A stretch of 64,000 nucleotides of DNA from Eledone cirrhosa (GCA_964016885.1 OZ024740.1:96782001-96846000); one strand, 5' to 3'; counted from the first letter of the stretch, positions 39,031 through 53,150 are shown. Translations and numbers: made by a program. The notes: generated from the letters alone by a model not told the origin.

Positions 39031-39651
39031 TGTGGTGTATCTTTGATTCTAAGACCGCGTAATGCGTGTTGTACTTGAGCAAGACACTTTATTTCACGCT
39101 GCTCCATTTGTTTTCAGTAGTAGAAGTTAGTTGTGACGTCAGTGGTGTCAAGTTGTATGGATCACTTGGTTTTCCACAAACAAGTCTTGCCCAGACATGT
39201 GCCTTGGAGGGAAACATTCTAGGTGCGAATCTACGTTCATTAGTGACCGATTGGGGCCATTAAATGTAAAGAGACAATAGGGAGCGAAGTGTAGATGAAA
39301 GCGTATACAATAGGTTTAAGTTTAACCTACATACATACCTCTCAATACTAGACTTTCAACAATCCGCAATGATATGAAAGGTAGCCTTCGAGCAATGTGA
39401 GGAGGACTACCACATACTCGTGTTTTTTTTCCATCTTCCCCATTCTTTACTTACTCGATAATGAAGCAAAATATTCTGTAGCGTGATATATGTTTGTTAA
39501 ATATATGAAAAATTTGTAGGATTCCGTATAAGCCTGTATTAGGAAACACTGCTAATTAATACATATACACACACAATACAGATATACACGCGCGCGTACA
39601 CCCACACACACACACACACACCCACACACACACAGACACACACACATACAA

Positions 39652-39724
<73 letters not shown>

Positions 39725-39769
39725 TGTGTGTGTGTTAAGAAGAACAAAACAAGGATTCACATTGACTAG

Positions 39770-39865
39770 GCTCTGATACGAACGTTTCACCGATTGATGG
39801 CTGAAGGATCCAGATTTGCCTTACAGACCAGACTCCAGCCACATTCCGTTCTTCAGTATAAGGCG
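39770..39865 (-). ncRNA. Hammerhead-like motif with extended stem II and weak stem I
   Basis: Minus strand reads CTGAAGA-acggaatgtggctggag...cttcagccatcaatcggt-GAAAC-gttc-GTA. Confidence 0.45.
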
Positions 39866-40337
39866 AATGTTGCTAGTCAAATCAAATATATATATATGTA
39901 TACGAAAGTGTGTGTGTATGCATGTGTGTTTGCTTTGTATGGGTATGCAGTTAATCAGTTCAGATAAAGAGAGAGAGTGAGAGCCGGTTCACATACACAC
40001 AAAACCTTGGGTATTTCGTGTCGAGAAACATTACAGTGTTAAAATTAATCACCATCACTAATCATTTACGTGTCTCCATATCAATAATGTTAGCATGGAC
40101 TATATTTAAGGATGTTTTCTTTACGTCATAGTAAACATAATCTGGTATTCACCCTGCTACGAATTGCAATGAGATTTCCACCAAACGACTCTTACGCGGC
40201 TTAGTATAGAAATTGAATTCTATGCGATATAGTTCTGTACCTTTTATATAGTTTATGCACCAATTAAAGCATGGAATATCCCGGCTGGAAATTTTACGAT
40301 TATATTCATATTTGATCATAGCTTACCTGAGAATGCA

Positions 40338-40390
<53 letters not shown>

Positions 40391-42889
40391 ATGTTTGTAT
40401 GCGTGTGTGTATATGTATCTCGGTGTGTGAGTGTGAGTGGTCTGTGTGTGTATGTACATCGTAAAGGGATGACATTACGGCATTTAGGAGGAATACTTAT
40501 ATTAAATTTTCCGTATACGTAAGGAAGTATGTTTTTGCTGTATTCAAATATGTTTATGTTGTATTCAAAATTTAAAATCAAGGATTCTCTCGAAAGATAT
40601 AAGCAACACCCAGTGAACCGTATCATCGTGTGATTTCCTTCAACCCTCCACCAAATATAATATTATTAATATTATCGATAACTTCTTTCTGTTCTCCGAT
40701 CCATGAGGTTCAAGCTCTATTTTCATTTTCAATTAAATGCGGTAGAAAATTGGCATGAGAATACAATTATTTTGCTGTTAATATAAGCCTTTTCCATATC
40801 TCAATAGAGAAACAACTTCTTTATATTCAAGGGTTTCCTTTTTTTCATCCAGAAACAAATATGCGAAAGGAGAATTTAAAAGAATCTGGCGGAAAATTTA
40901 TAACTCTACATCTGAAATATAAGAATATAAATTTGCTTATATGAAGCAAAGAACGCTGGTGGTATTTTACTTTGCTGGTATTGAATAACATATATTCAAA
41001 CAGGTCATATAAGTGCATTGATATGAACAGATTAGAGTATTAAAATGTTCATCGTCGCTCTACTTTCTCTGCTGGTTCTTACTTGAATAGATATAATAGA
41101 AAAGCTAAACTATTTGTTATGAATGAATACATAACTAAACAATTAATTGGATAGCGTGAGAAATATATTAACTCAGTCTTTATCTAAACAACCAAGATAT
41201 ACCAATATCATCTCTAAGGCTCTTGTGCTGGTGGCATGAAAATAATTAAAGAATCAATCATTTGAATTAATCTTCCATGAATATATGGAAAAGTTGATAT
41301 AGTTTCTCTTCACTCGTATACAGATTTAAAACTATTGTTATGAAAGTGTCAGTCTTATTCTAGTAAACGGTGGGACTAAAATTAAGTGCATAGCTTTATA
41401 CGTCCCGGCTACGATGAGAACGCTACATGGAGGAATATCTGAATGAACATATTACTAGGCCTTCCAACGGTTTCGAAGTTGAGCCAGTGAATTATCGTGT
41501 ACGTGGCTGAATATTCTACTGAAACGTGTAATCATAACGTATTTATAAGACACAACAGCTTAACACTTTACGCAACGTTAATAGACTTTTGAAATGCAGT
41601 GTTCCTGTCTGCACAATTTCATTTAAACGCACTTGTCCAAGATGCCGCACAGTGGGATCAATCCTGAGACATAGTGATAATACAATGAATTTCTTAATCA
41701 CTTTTCCAAGCTTGGTTGTATTGAAGACTCCATACTGGAATTGATGACTACCGACTACGAACAATATAGTTTATAAAGAAGTTTAAATTCGAAACAAGCA
41801 TCGGTTTTAAAGAAGTCTCTAAGTTTACGAATTTTCCAGTATTTTGACTTAAACGCTTTTCGGTTTATCGTCATCAAAAATACTTCATAACTTTTAGAGA
41901 AATTCACTATGATGTAATTATACGAGCTAATTCCCTTTATTATCTCTGTCTACACGTTTTGCTATTGACATTTATCTTCAAATATTTAAGCTACATATGT
42001 ATTGCATCAAATTAACCATTTCATAGCGGATTACAAAAACCACGGTCACTGCTGTGCTTTCTTTGTCTAATGATCCCCAAAACCAGAAAACATACAGTGA
42101 ATGTCTCTTCAAAGCTACTTATTTTACTGGCTCACGAAGGATGAAAGGCAATATGGAAGCTGGCGTAATTTGGACATACAAGATAATGTATCGTAGGTAA
42201 ATGGCGCAATGTATTTGGTTCAAAAATATAAACCCTAATTTACTTATACTATACTACTGCGATTGACCAGTATGATCATGAAGATACTTAGTTTCGTTTG
42301 TTATGCAATAGCCATTGTATTGCAGCATGTTGAGAGTTGTATTTGCATAAATACATCTACACTCTGTTGATGATGTGGAGTATTGTGTGTAAAGGACTTG
42401 AACTTGTAAATAGATTACACTTCTCGTATTTCTTTTTACAAAGTTTGGAATTTGAGAAACGATTTAATGATACTCGCGGTTTTACTTCTAAAATGTTCCC
42501 GTGAATTGTGCCGTAAATAATATACAGTCCTGGCATTTTATTATGTCTGAATCTTGTTTATTGTGTGCGGGATGTTATATTGTCCTTTGTGCACGGTAAA
42601 TTCTTTCGCATTTTTTTCAGGGTGAACTAATTGTTATTCGATATGCATCTTAACTATAACGATCCATTTTTTTTTTACATATTCATCCCTCCGCTGTTAA
42701 TTTCCTTTATTAAATCACGTAAATACTAAATATGGCTGCTACCAAAATACAAGAGGTGAAAATAGGCAAGAAAGCCTGGATCATATATGAAAGTTTGATA
42801 AAGTGTTGTGATCCAGATATTACCATAAATATTTCCGAGTGTTTTATGTTGAGTGGGTTCTCACACACACACAGAAACGCGCGCGTGCG

Positions 42890-42966
<77 letters not shown>

Positions 42967-44531
42967 ATGTGTGTGTCTGTATGTGTATAAAGATCACCAA
43001 TGTTCCATAGATATTGTACACTCTAGCTGATTTTTTCCAGTCTTATTAAACCAATCAAAAAATGTTTCCGGCTTCTTTCGGTGACCTCGGAAAGTATACA
43101 TATGATGTGCTCAGGCAGAAATCGGGGATGCTCTAACTCAAATTAACTATTCTGTTACGAACACCTATATGGGTATAAAATCCTAAATGCTTTTTATATT
43201 ACCTATTATATATTGCCTTATATATTGCCCTCTTATCAAATTTTAATCCATCTATTGAATGTCGTCCTTACAGCTAGCTTTCTTTTAGAAATGTATTTGC
43301 CCAGCACCAGATGTATTGTAATACCTATGTTTGCAGGTTTGATCTCCTGTGGGAAGTAAATGAATCATTTCGGTTATGATGTTTAGCCCGACTTCAACTC
43401 TAATGTAGCAGACATCAGAACCAAGTTGTTTTAGTTGTGATCAAACTGTAATTTTATATGATTCTACGACTTTAATATTTCCTTCACCCTTTTTAAGACA
43501 ATGGGATATGAGTTGAAATGTATTTATGGTTGTTTCTGAAAGATGGAGTAACCACATAAATGTTGCTTCGCTACGTCGATACTCATGTATTTTCCCATGT
43601 ATTTGAGTACTTCTAAACAGACAGAGATGATAGTACCAGAGCGATACCTTATTGATGTTGGAAACAATATTTTCGGATATGATTAGAAATTCTCTACAAG
43701 TTGATATCCTCCAAATACTGAGATGATTTATAATTCCTTTATTTCCTATATAAGTTGAATCCATGCATAAATAAATTGATTCATATTTTTACCCATTTTT
43801 CTTTATCTATTTCAGAATTTGTTTAAAATATCAAATTGATAGAACTATGAAATTTTCATAAACCAATTTAAAGAAATAAAGATCGAATTTAAAATGTAAT
43901 TGTAATTTGAACATGAATTCAATAAAATTTAAAGTAACAAATATCAAATATTAGGTTTTCTTAAATTGAATTTCAATTCATTTTCAAGTTTCAATTTAAG
44001 ATTATTGTCATTATTATTCATATTATATTTGATTTTAGTGTATGAAATCATCTCAGTTTGCGCAATTGAAATTTGTGTAAAACAAGAACACACAAAAATT
44101 AAAAACAAACTTGAATGAAATGCAATAAATTTAGAATATGTTATATAAGGTCTGAATTAAAGACCAGATTTGTGGAAAAGTTTTTTTTCCGGGTCTATAT
44201 CATTTCAGTTGTCATGGCAACTTTATGGTCATTATAACCATATTTCTAGTAATAGTAGTTTTCATGAATACTAACATTAATGAAAATATATATGAGTGAG
44301 GTAATTAATTTAAAGATCTAATAATATAAAATATTCTACTATTCAGTTTCTATTGATAAATTACCAAAGCGGATTTGTTATGCATGCTCTACGTTTTGGG
44401 TATGCCATTAAAAACGATGTCCTTCACCTCTTTTTTCTCTCCTTCTCCTTCTGCACTTCCACCAGTTTACTACCACTACACTACTACTACTAGGACTACT
44501 ACCACTACCACTATACTAATGATAATAATTG

Positions 44532-44803
44532 TTTCAACTGCGTTTGGCACAAGGCCAGCAATTACCCAGTGCATTACTGGTACTTTCTTTTATCGATCCC
44601 ATAAGGATGAAAGCCAAAGTTAACCTCGGCGGGATTTGAACTCAGAATGGCAAGGGCCGTAACTCTATACGTCAAAGCATGGCGTCCGACCCACTACCGA
44701 TACTGTCAATCCACCGCATATACTAATGATAATAATTGATTCTACTTTTTGCACATGGCCAGCAATTACCCAGTGCATTACTGGTAGTTTATGTTATCGA
44801 CTC
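44532..44803 (-). mobile_element. Full S1 SINE with 20-bp duplication, next to a truncated S1 tail
   Basis: TATACTAATGATAATAATTG at 44512-44531 and 44719-44738. A second tail and core fragment spans 44739-44803. Confidence 0.88.
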
Positions 44804-45766
44804 CTATAATTCTTGTACTTATTACCAATAATTGGACGCTGAGTTGATGGAGTACGTAATACAATACAAGAACAACTTTTTACAACGGGTTTGCCGACGC
44901 TCGATGCCACAAAAACCAATCAACCTACAAATATTTACTGATGAATTTTCCACATGACATAGGTTTGAAAATAGTGCTAGATGAGACCTTTGAGTACTCC
45001 GATAACAGCGTGAACAGGTGGTTGTGTACATGCACCTATCATATCGCCCAAAAGTAAGCTCGCGTGGATAACGACTCTAAATTAACTTTAATCTGCAATA
45101 ACATTTCTAGTTTATGTTTATACCACATCTTTCTTCCCGGATATTTCTGTTGTTGCCATTTGCTTTTGTTTTGTTTTTTAAATATTTATATTTTTTTTCA
45201 AATCAGGGACAGATAAATCTCCAACATTAAACATTAGGTAAGAAAGATAGACTTACCGTTTTACACATGTTTTCGTAAGCGCCACGGATTGGGTGAATGT
45301 CGGAGCTAATCTAGTTTCGTTCGTAATAAGCAATTGAAGTTACATATGATGGATACTAGTCCATCACAGTTTAACCCACAGCTGTTGCTGGTAGTCATTT
45401 CCAACTCATTGAAAGGAAGCAAATTGAACGTAAGCCTATGATCTTGGACGAAACGCGCCATTTGTTCTGGAACTCGAACTCTTAACCTCATGATCATAAT
45501 TCTAACCCACTAGGTCACAGGCATTTGCAAATTAGACAAACATCAGAAAATATGTATGTTCATTTTTAATAAAAGCTATTTTAAAGTTCCTTAGAAATAT
45601 TTAGAGTTTCTAGTTGACATTATCCTTGCCCGAAGTTTACTGAATCAGTACACTCCTAGGCAACATACCCTATGGTGTTCAGATATATCCTCTTAACATT
45701 TTGAATCCAAATCTCATCGAGAGTGAGTGTGTCTGACACCCTTTCCAGGAGAGTAAGTTTACAAAG

Positions 45767-46414
45767 GTTGCCAGCACCTTTATCGTTGTCGTTAAGCTTC
45801 ACTCGTCGTAACCCAGGAAGTTTCAATGTGAGTTAACTAAATATCCTGAAATATGATATTCATTTGTGAATAAGGTTTCTCACGTCATGATAATGATTTC
45901 TAGCTTAGGCACAATATAACGCTCATTGAAATAAGTGCGAGACTCTGAAAATTAACTGGAACATTCACCAGCTACATTCGCGGTGGATAGATTTAAAATC
46001 AGGATATCCTCAACGCAAAGATTACGATTTCTTAAGTTAGCGACTCGTTTGGTTTTGTGGTAGACAGTAAGAAAAATAAAAGCCAAGTAGTGTGGTGTAT
46101 TTATTCAACTCTACTACAAAACAAAAACGAGTCGCTAACTGAAGAAATCGTAATCCTTGCGTTGAGGATATCCTGATTTTAAATCTATCCACCGCAAGTG
46201 TTGCTGGTGAAAGTTCCAGTTAATTTTCAGAGTCTCGCACTTATTTCCATGAGCGTTATCTTGTGCCTAAGCTAGAAATCATTATAATATGAGAAACCAT
46301 ATTCACAAATGAATATCATATTTAAGGATATTTAGTTAACTCACATTACTAAGATCGAATCTCGCTGGGTTACGACGAGGGAAGGTTAACGACAACGATA
46401 AAGGCGGTGGCAAC
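45767..46414. repeat. Inverted repeat: ~300-bp arms, 45-bp spacer
   Basis: 45767-46064 is the reverse complement of 46110-46414, with scattered mismatches and a short indel. Confidence 0.95.
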
Positions 46415-46842
46415 ATTTCCTTTTGTCCCTCTGAGGCTGAGATTTTGTTATTATGCGTCATGTATTGTGGCTTTCTGAACCGCCTCATTCCTAATGTAAC
46501 ATCCGATAACACTGTTGTTGATCCTTATAATTTTATGTATAGTATGCCTCTTTTGTTTGCTATAATCAGAATAGCTGCTGACTATGATAACAAATAATGT
46601 TACGTGTCATTATAAGAATGTAGAGTATAATTTTGGAAGATTTCTATGCTATATCTAGCAGGACAAATGACTGCGTATTTGTCGTTGAGGCGTTTATATG
46701 CCGTGTACATTCTCATCAATGTGACCTACGTTAAGTCTTTATTGCATCTATGAAAATCTCGCCATTTATTTAAGCGTAATACTTCCAGGACGGCGATCTC
46801 CAACGTATTATTTATTTCATTAAATCACTTAGATATTATGAA

Positions 46843-47320
46843 GGATTGGCAGTATCGATAGAGAGTCTGACGGAATGCCTTGCAGTATACAGTTACGGCC
46901 CTTTACGGTATGAGTTCAAATCCCGCCGAGGTTAACTTTGCCTTTCATCTTTACGGGGTCGATAAAATAAAGTACCAGTAATGCAATGGGATAATTGCTG
47001 GCCTTGTGCCAAAACTAGAAATAATTATTTGAGGAAATTCAATTTCTCATCTCTAGCAGGTAGAGTGATTATTCTTGTGTCTCTCTCTGTGGCTTCACAA
47101 TTAATTGTTGATGTTTATGGTTGAATGGAAACATTGCTGGTTGGCAGTATCGGTAGAGGGTCGGACGCCATGCTACATAGATTTACGTCCCTGTACGGAC
47201 TGCGTTCAAATCCCACCAAGGTTAACTTTGCCTTTCATCCTTACGGGGTCGATAAAATGAAGTACCAATAATGTACTGGGTAAGTGCTGGCCCTGTGCCA
47301 AATTTAGAAACAATTATTAG
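46843..47320 (+). mobile_element. Two S1 SINEs in the same orientation (46843-47029 and ~47135-47320)
   Basis: Each has TTGGCAGTATCG, GTTCAAATCCC, the core and the GGCC.TGTGCCAAA..AGAAA tail. Confidence 0.88.
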
Positions 47321-47639
47321 GATATCTAATACTCTGGCAACTATCATTAATGCTACAATTCCCTTCCCTCCATATTTTCTTTTTTCTTACTTCCTCAACG
47401 TCCATATGTTCCACCTTTATATTCGTGAGAGCTATAACACAAGTTACTGTGATCAATTTCTTTCCTATCCATTGTAATATCTCCAGTTTTAACAATATCA
47501 ATTATACAGGATTATTCAGTTGTGTCTCTATCAATATTAACACTATAATATCTTGTGTCCAAAACAACAGTGTATTTAGATATTAATGTCCCATAAAACC
47601 TTTACTCTATCTTTTTCATCTGTAACTAGTATCTCATTA

Positions 47640-47930
47640 AACATCACGTGGTAGCTCTTCAGTATGTGCATTATACTGCTACTGTCCTCTAAACCTCAGT
47701 GTTAGTTGCTCTGGTACAAACACCACACAAAATCTCCCGACTCACATCTCTCGTCACGCATATTTGGTTCACCACTGATTCCCACCAGCAGACCCTGCCC
47801 AAATCTTGAGACCAGTCTTTCGTTCTGCGAACGTACTCACTTTCGAAGCCTCTCTCTACCTATGTTTTACCAGCTGATATAAACTTGCAATTATTTAAAT
47901 AGAACATTAATTGCATCGATTTCACCATCT
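47640..47930 (+). mobile_element. Old CR1/L2-group LINE ORF2 C-terminal remnant
   Basis: SFVLRTYSLSKPLSTYVLPADINLQLFK*NIN resembles the SFFPRT..WNSLP..FK..N terminus of this group. Confidence 0.45.
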
Positions 47931-48796
47931 CAGAATACCTACAATAGATATGGGCTCATTCCTTTCTCCAGATAAAAACATTGAACAAAGAATTTATTTT
48001 TAATCTCTTACTATTGTTACGGCAGTGTCTTAGAAGAAACGGAAATGATTGTGTAACTGAAGACATATGTTGATTTCAAGTTGAGTACAGTTCTATCTTG
48101 ATGTAACGATTCCTCAAGTAATACCAGTCATTGACTGTTCTGGATACAATCGACTTTACATCTCCTGTACGATCCGTGTCGCTTTGAGCAAAATTTCGCG
48201 TTATACATTGAAAGATGAAAAAGAAAAGTGTTCATTGCGAGATTGGGCTTCTTTGAAATATAATGCTGTCTGTTTCCTTAATTATATAGCATCGTTGTTC
48301 TGATTTTAGATACTACTATACTAATATATCATAAATCCTACACATATAACTTCCAAATCAATTTCCTCTTTTCGTCTTTGTATTTCCCGTCTGTTATCTA
48401 TTTATTAGTTTACTTTGTATGTCAAGATAATTATTCACACCTGCGCAGCAATAACTACCATATCAGTTTTTCTGTTTCGTGCACACGTGCAAAATGAACA
48501 ATCCATAGTCGAAGATTTCATGCGAAAAAAGCACAAGCAATAAGGCTAACAAGATTACAATAAAGCTTAAATAGAAGGAAAAGCAAGCAAAAATTATAAA
48601 GAAACCTATAAAAGAACGAAACGATCATAAAAACATAAAGAAATTATGTAGTAATAATACATGGTTTCTATAGCTACAGCGTCAGTATATCCATTAAATG
48701 TGACAATGATCCATCATAAATTAATATGTACACATCTTCTAATCAAAAGATCTATTCTTCCATTACAGCCAGTGACTCCCACAGAAATTTTGCATG

Positions 48797-48847
<51 letters not shown>

Positions 48848-48873
48848 ACACACATATATATATATATATGTAT

Positions 48874-48923
<50 letters not shown>

Positions 48924-49131
48924 GTATGTATATATATATATATATATGTATAAACACTTATATATATATATATATACATATATATACGTATATATATATA
49001 TATATATATGTATACATATATATATATATATATATTCATATATATATATATATATATATATACGTATATATATATATATACGTATATATATATATATATA
49101 TATATACGTATGTATATATATATATATGTAT

Positions 49132-49170
<39 letters not shown>

Positions 49171-49175
49171 TATAC

Positions 49176-49223
<48 letters not shown>

Positions 49224-49247
49224 GTATATATATATATATATATATAC

Positions 49248-49310
<63 letters not shown>

Positions 49311-49342
49311 TATACGTATATATATATATATATATATATACG

Positions 49343-49376
<34 letters not shown>

Positions 49377-49442
49377 TACATATATAATTTTATTTATATA
49401 TATATGCATGTGTGCGTGTGTGTGTGTGTGAGTGTGCGTGTG
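48797..49442. repeat. ~600-bp interrupted (TA)n tract with TACG/TACA variants
   Basis: Directly visible. Confidence 0.97.
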
Positions 49443-51043
49443 TATTCACTAGTTATAGAGTTATGGGACCATTAGCAGTAATCAATTAATCGACAAATCT
49501 AGCGTGTAAGTATTTTCTTGACCGGTCGATATTTTCTCCATCAGGTCCTGGATTTATAAAATTCTAGGCGATTTTATCGTTTCTAACTATTCGCTATATA
49601 TTTTGAATAATAAATAAAATAAGAATAAAGAAAAGAAATATAGTAGGTAGAAAATGACAATGAAGAAGTATACAGTAGTTTAAGGAGCTAAACATATAAA
49701 GATATATGTGTGTATGAGTATTTGAACGTATGTGTTTGTGCGCGTATTCCCCTCAAAGCGGTTTATGTATTTGTCAGTGTGTCTGTATTATTGCGTGGAT
49801 GTTAATTTAGGAACAAATATGCTCATCAAATATATATATATGAGAGGTTGTTTATGTGTGTGTATCGATATGTGTATGCGTTTATCTGTGTGTGTGTGCA
49901 AGTATGTATTTGTAAATGAACAAAGTTTCATACCTGGGGCGAACGCTCAGCATTAAGTCAATACATACAAATACATTATCGCAGTCTGACCATTTTGTAA
50001 TGGAAATAAATTTCATCAACCGATGCTATACTCGCAATTTCAAAATTATTGAAGTTCCATTTAATTGTGTCCAAGTTATGAGAAGCAAAGTAGGTATCTT
50101 GGCATCATTTTTGACAAGTGGTGCAAGTCGCCTTTGTCTCGGAGCAAACGGTGAAAGAATCGGACATGTTTCGATCTTATTACATCACGTCAGCAAAGGA
50201 TATTTATTTAGTACTTTACTAGACTAAAACCACAGAATATACATATATTTAAAGCTAGGGAAATGATGCATTGTTTACGTAAAAGGTAAAGCTGAAACCG
50301 CTAATAGGAGCATTCTGCATGATGTCTATACATCTAGTGAGAGAGAGAGAGGTGCAATCCGTTTTTCCTGATTATGCTGTCTCAATAAGTTTCCTTGCTC
50401 ATGTTCTTCCTATAAAGAGTGAAAAGTAGAAGAAGCTCAGAGTTCATTATAAAGATAATATAAGTAACTAATCGAATTGGGTTTGTGTGATAGAGTGTAT
50501 ATGTTTAAACTATGAATAATTTCACATAGATACATTTGATACACACACACCGAGTCTTGTATAAACAATCAGTGTTTGTTTAAACCACACGGATTTCTCA
50601 GCAGACTAACTCCGAAAACAGGTCAACTAGTTTTAATTAGTGAATGCCACCCTATCTATTAATTATGTTCCTATAACCAGGAAAAATCTTAGACATGCTT
50701 ATAAAAATTATATGTCTAAAAAGCTCTGATAATACAGATGAGCATTTCACTAGGTTTGATGGCAGCGAATACAAAACAAAATAATTAAAAAAGTGGAGCA
50801 GCATGTGTGAAGATAATTTGAAAATATATATTCAAATGCACGATAAATATAGATACATTCACGTCCATGTGTAAATACACAGTGTGGCAAATAAACAAGG
50901 CCCTCTACATAAATGAAAACATATATATGCATACATATTAATATACACATATAGAGATTTATATATGCGTAGGTGCGTGCAAATATATTTATATATATAT
51001 GCGTGTTCTTGTGCGCGTGTTTGTGTATATATATATGAATGTA

Positions 51044-51097
<54 letters not shown>

Positions 51098-51099
<2 letters not shown>

Positions 51100-51838
51100 A
51101 AAGTATGACCATAGAATAATTTCATAATATATATACACCATTTCCTCTCCCAATTAGCATAATCAACCACACAAAAAAACAATTAAATCAGGCTATAAGA
51201 TTAAAAGGCAACTATGAAGAAATTAACGACAGCAATCTATTCGCGATCAACCGCTATAGAATATTTACCCAACATTTCAATAGCACGTGGAAATCGATTA
51301 AATATACCGTCAACCATACACAATTAGGTATAAAATTAAAGTTATAAGAAAAAATGCATATACACATACCAGGATTTCGATTCTACCCTTAGGATTTCGT
51401 TCGCTTTCGGAAATATCCTATCAAGGATAAATTCTCGAACTTCGAACTCATCAGGAAACAAACTCACTTGGATTTTTCTTAAATGATCCCCCCAGAAACG
51501 AATTCAAAATGGCTAAGGACTGTGACGTGGCAGTTGTCAAGTCAGAAAGAATGTGATTGGTGCCTCATGGCGAGTGGGCTGGTTGTTAGAAAGCGCAGCC
51601 CAATATTGCCCAAATTGCATCTCAACCTTATGGGAGATTATCAAATATAACGATGTACATATACACAAACTAGACAAAGTGACAGATATATATGTTTGGC
51701 AACCATTCACGATGTGGCTCAATGATGAATTAATAAATTAAATAATCAGAGCAATTGACTATAAAGTATGTCCATTTGATAATATATATATGTACACCAT
51801 TTCCTCTCCCAATTAGCATAATCAACCACACTAAAAAT
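51098..51838 (-). mobile_element. ORF-less HHR-carrying unit bounded by direct repeats (retrozyme or non-autonomous PLE candidate)
   Basis: A 39-bp exact repeat TACACCATTTCCTCTCCCAATTAGCATAATCAACCACAC at 51134-51172 and 51793-51831, an internal HHR, and TA runs on both sides. Confidence 0.6.
51373..51465 (-). ncRNA. Type I hammerhead ribozyme with intact catalytic core
   Basis: Minus strand reads gagtttgtttc-CTGATGA-gttcg[long hairpin]cgaac-GAAA-tcc-taa-gg-GTA-gaatcgaaatc. Stem I pairs 9/11. Predicted cleavage is between 51384 and 51383. Confidence 0.72.
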
Positions 51839-51944
51839 GATATATATATATATATATACATATATAACAAAGGAATTTTGGTAAGGAACCAGATGGACAA
51901 TAACGTACCAGAGTACTCAATACTTAGGGTAGTAGAGTCGGGAA

Positions 51945-52033
51945 ATAGGAAAAAGTATGACCCCGACAGCAGAGCTTTAGCCGTTTCGACGAAACGGCTT
52001 GAGCTCTGCCGTCGGGGTCATACATTTTCCTAT
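51945..52033. repeat. Palindrome with 44-bp arms made of two HHR 3' halves
   Basis: ATAGGAAAA..GCCGTTTCG-A-CGAAACGGC..TTTTCCTAT. Read outward from the centre, each arm is CGAAACGGC-loop-GCYGTC. Confidence 0.9.
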
Positions 52034-52281
52034 ATATATATATCTATATGGGTGTGTGTGTATGTGTGTGTAGTGAAATAAATGTTTCCGCGGTTCCTCT
52101 GACTGAAATGCCCAATAATAATCTACCTTTGAATACACTTAGAGAAAAATACATGAAGAATCCGGATGCTAGGTTTAACAAAGACAAGAAAGGAGAAGAT
52201 AGCGGGAGGCCATAGATCAATATAAGTAGGCTGTCCTGAAATCAGGGGACAGAGAGAATTTTTTATCACCAAGAGAAAACG

Positions 52282-52346
<65 letters not shown>

Positions 52347-52347
52347 T

Positions 52348-53150
52348 TAAGAAAATTAACAAAGATAGGACAAGTCAACGAATGGAAAGAAGGCAAAACA
52401 AAAAGCAACTTTTTAAGGGGTAAACATAAACATTATTTTGAAAAGATAAAACGAACGACACAGAAATCAAGTTCCACGGCCGTTGAGATGGACTTCGACA
52501 GTTTCGACATCTACCAATTGTACTGATGCTCCACCCGAGACCACAGCTACTAACACAAAATATACGCTGTACAGTGGTGTAAGAAACGAGAGACAACACA
52601 TTATTATATAGCAATTAAGCTGCAACAAGTTCATATTCTATGTGAAATCAGGGAAAAAGTGTGGTACCTCTTATAGGGTGCGAGTCTAATGAATGAAACA
52701 AATGAATTAAAGGACATAAAAGCAAGAGGAAGAAAGTAAGATATCGTGTTAAAAATGTAAACCATTTCAATAGATGGGGTGGGTGGGCAGAAGACATAAC
52801 ATGGTCGTCACATTAGTATCGATAATCTTTAGAAAATTAACAAATAGAGGACAAGACGATGACCGGAAAGAAGGCAAAACACAAAACAATTTGTTTAACG
52901 GGAAACATTATTTTATTTATTAATAAATACAAATGGACACAGAACACCAGTGTCATCGGGCGTTGAGATGGGCATTAGCTGTTCGACACCTACCAACGAT
53001 ACTGGTGGTCCACCCTGGTCCCAGTATCTGACACAAGCCAAACGCTGTCCAGTGAAGTAAGAGCCTAGAACCAAAGCAATTTATAGCAATTAAGCTACAA
53101 CACAGAATTTTATGTGACGTCTGGGAAAAGATGTGGGACCTCTTGTAGCA
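52348..53150. repeat. Two diverged ~330-bp direct copies
   Basis: AGAAAATTAACAAA..GGAAAGAAGGCAAAACA..CGTTGAGATGG..TATAGCAATTAAGCT at ~52350 and ~52830. Confidence 0.8.

Noticed and set aside
43441-43764. 107-aa non-repetitive ORF as a host exon
   Set aside because: No recognisable domain or convincing splice context.
48661-49475. Long YIYI/VCVC/THTH ORFs here and throughout the window
   Set aside because: Translations of stop-free dinucleotide microsatellites.
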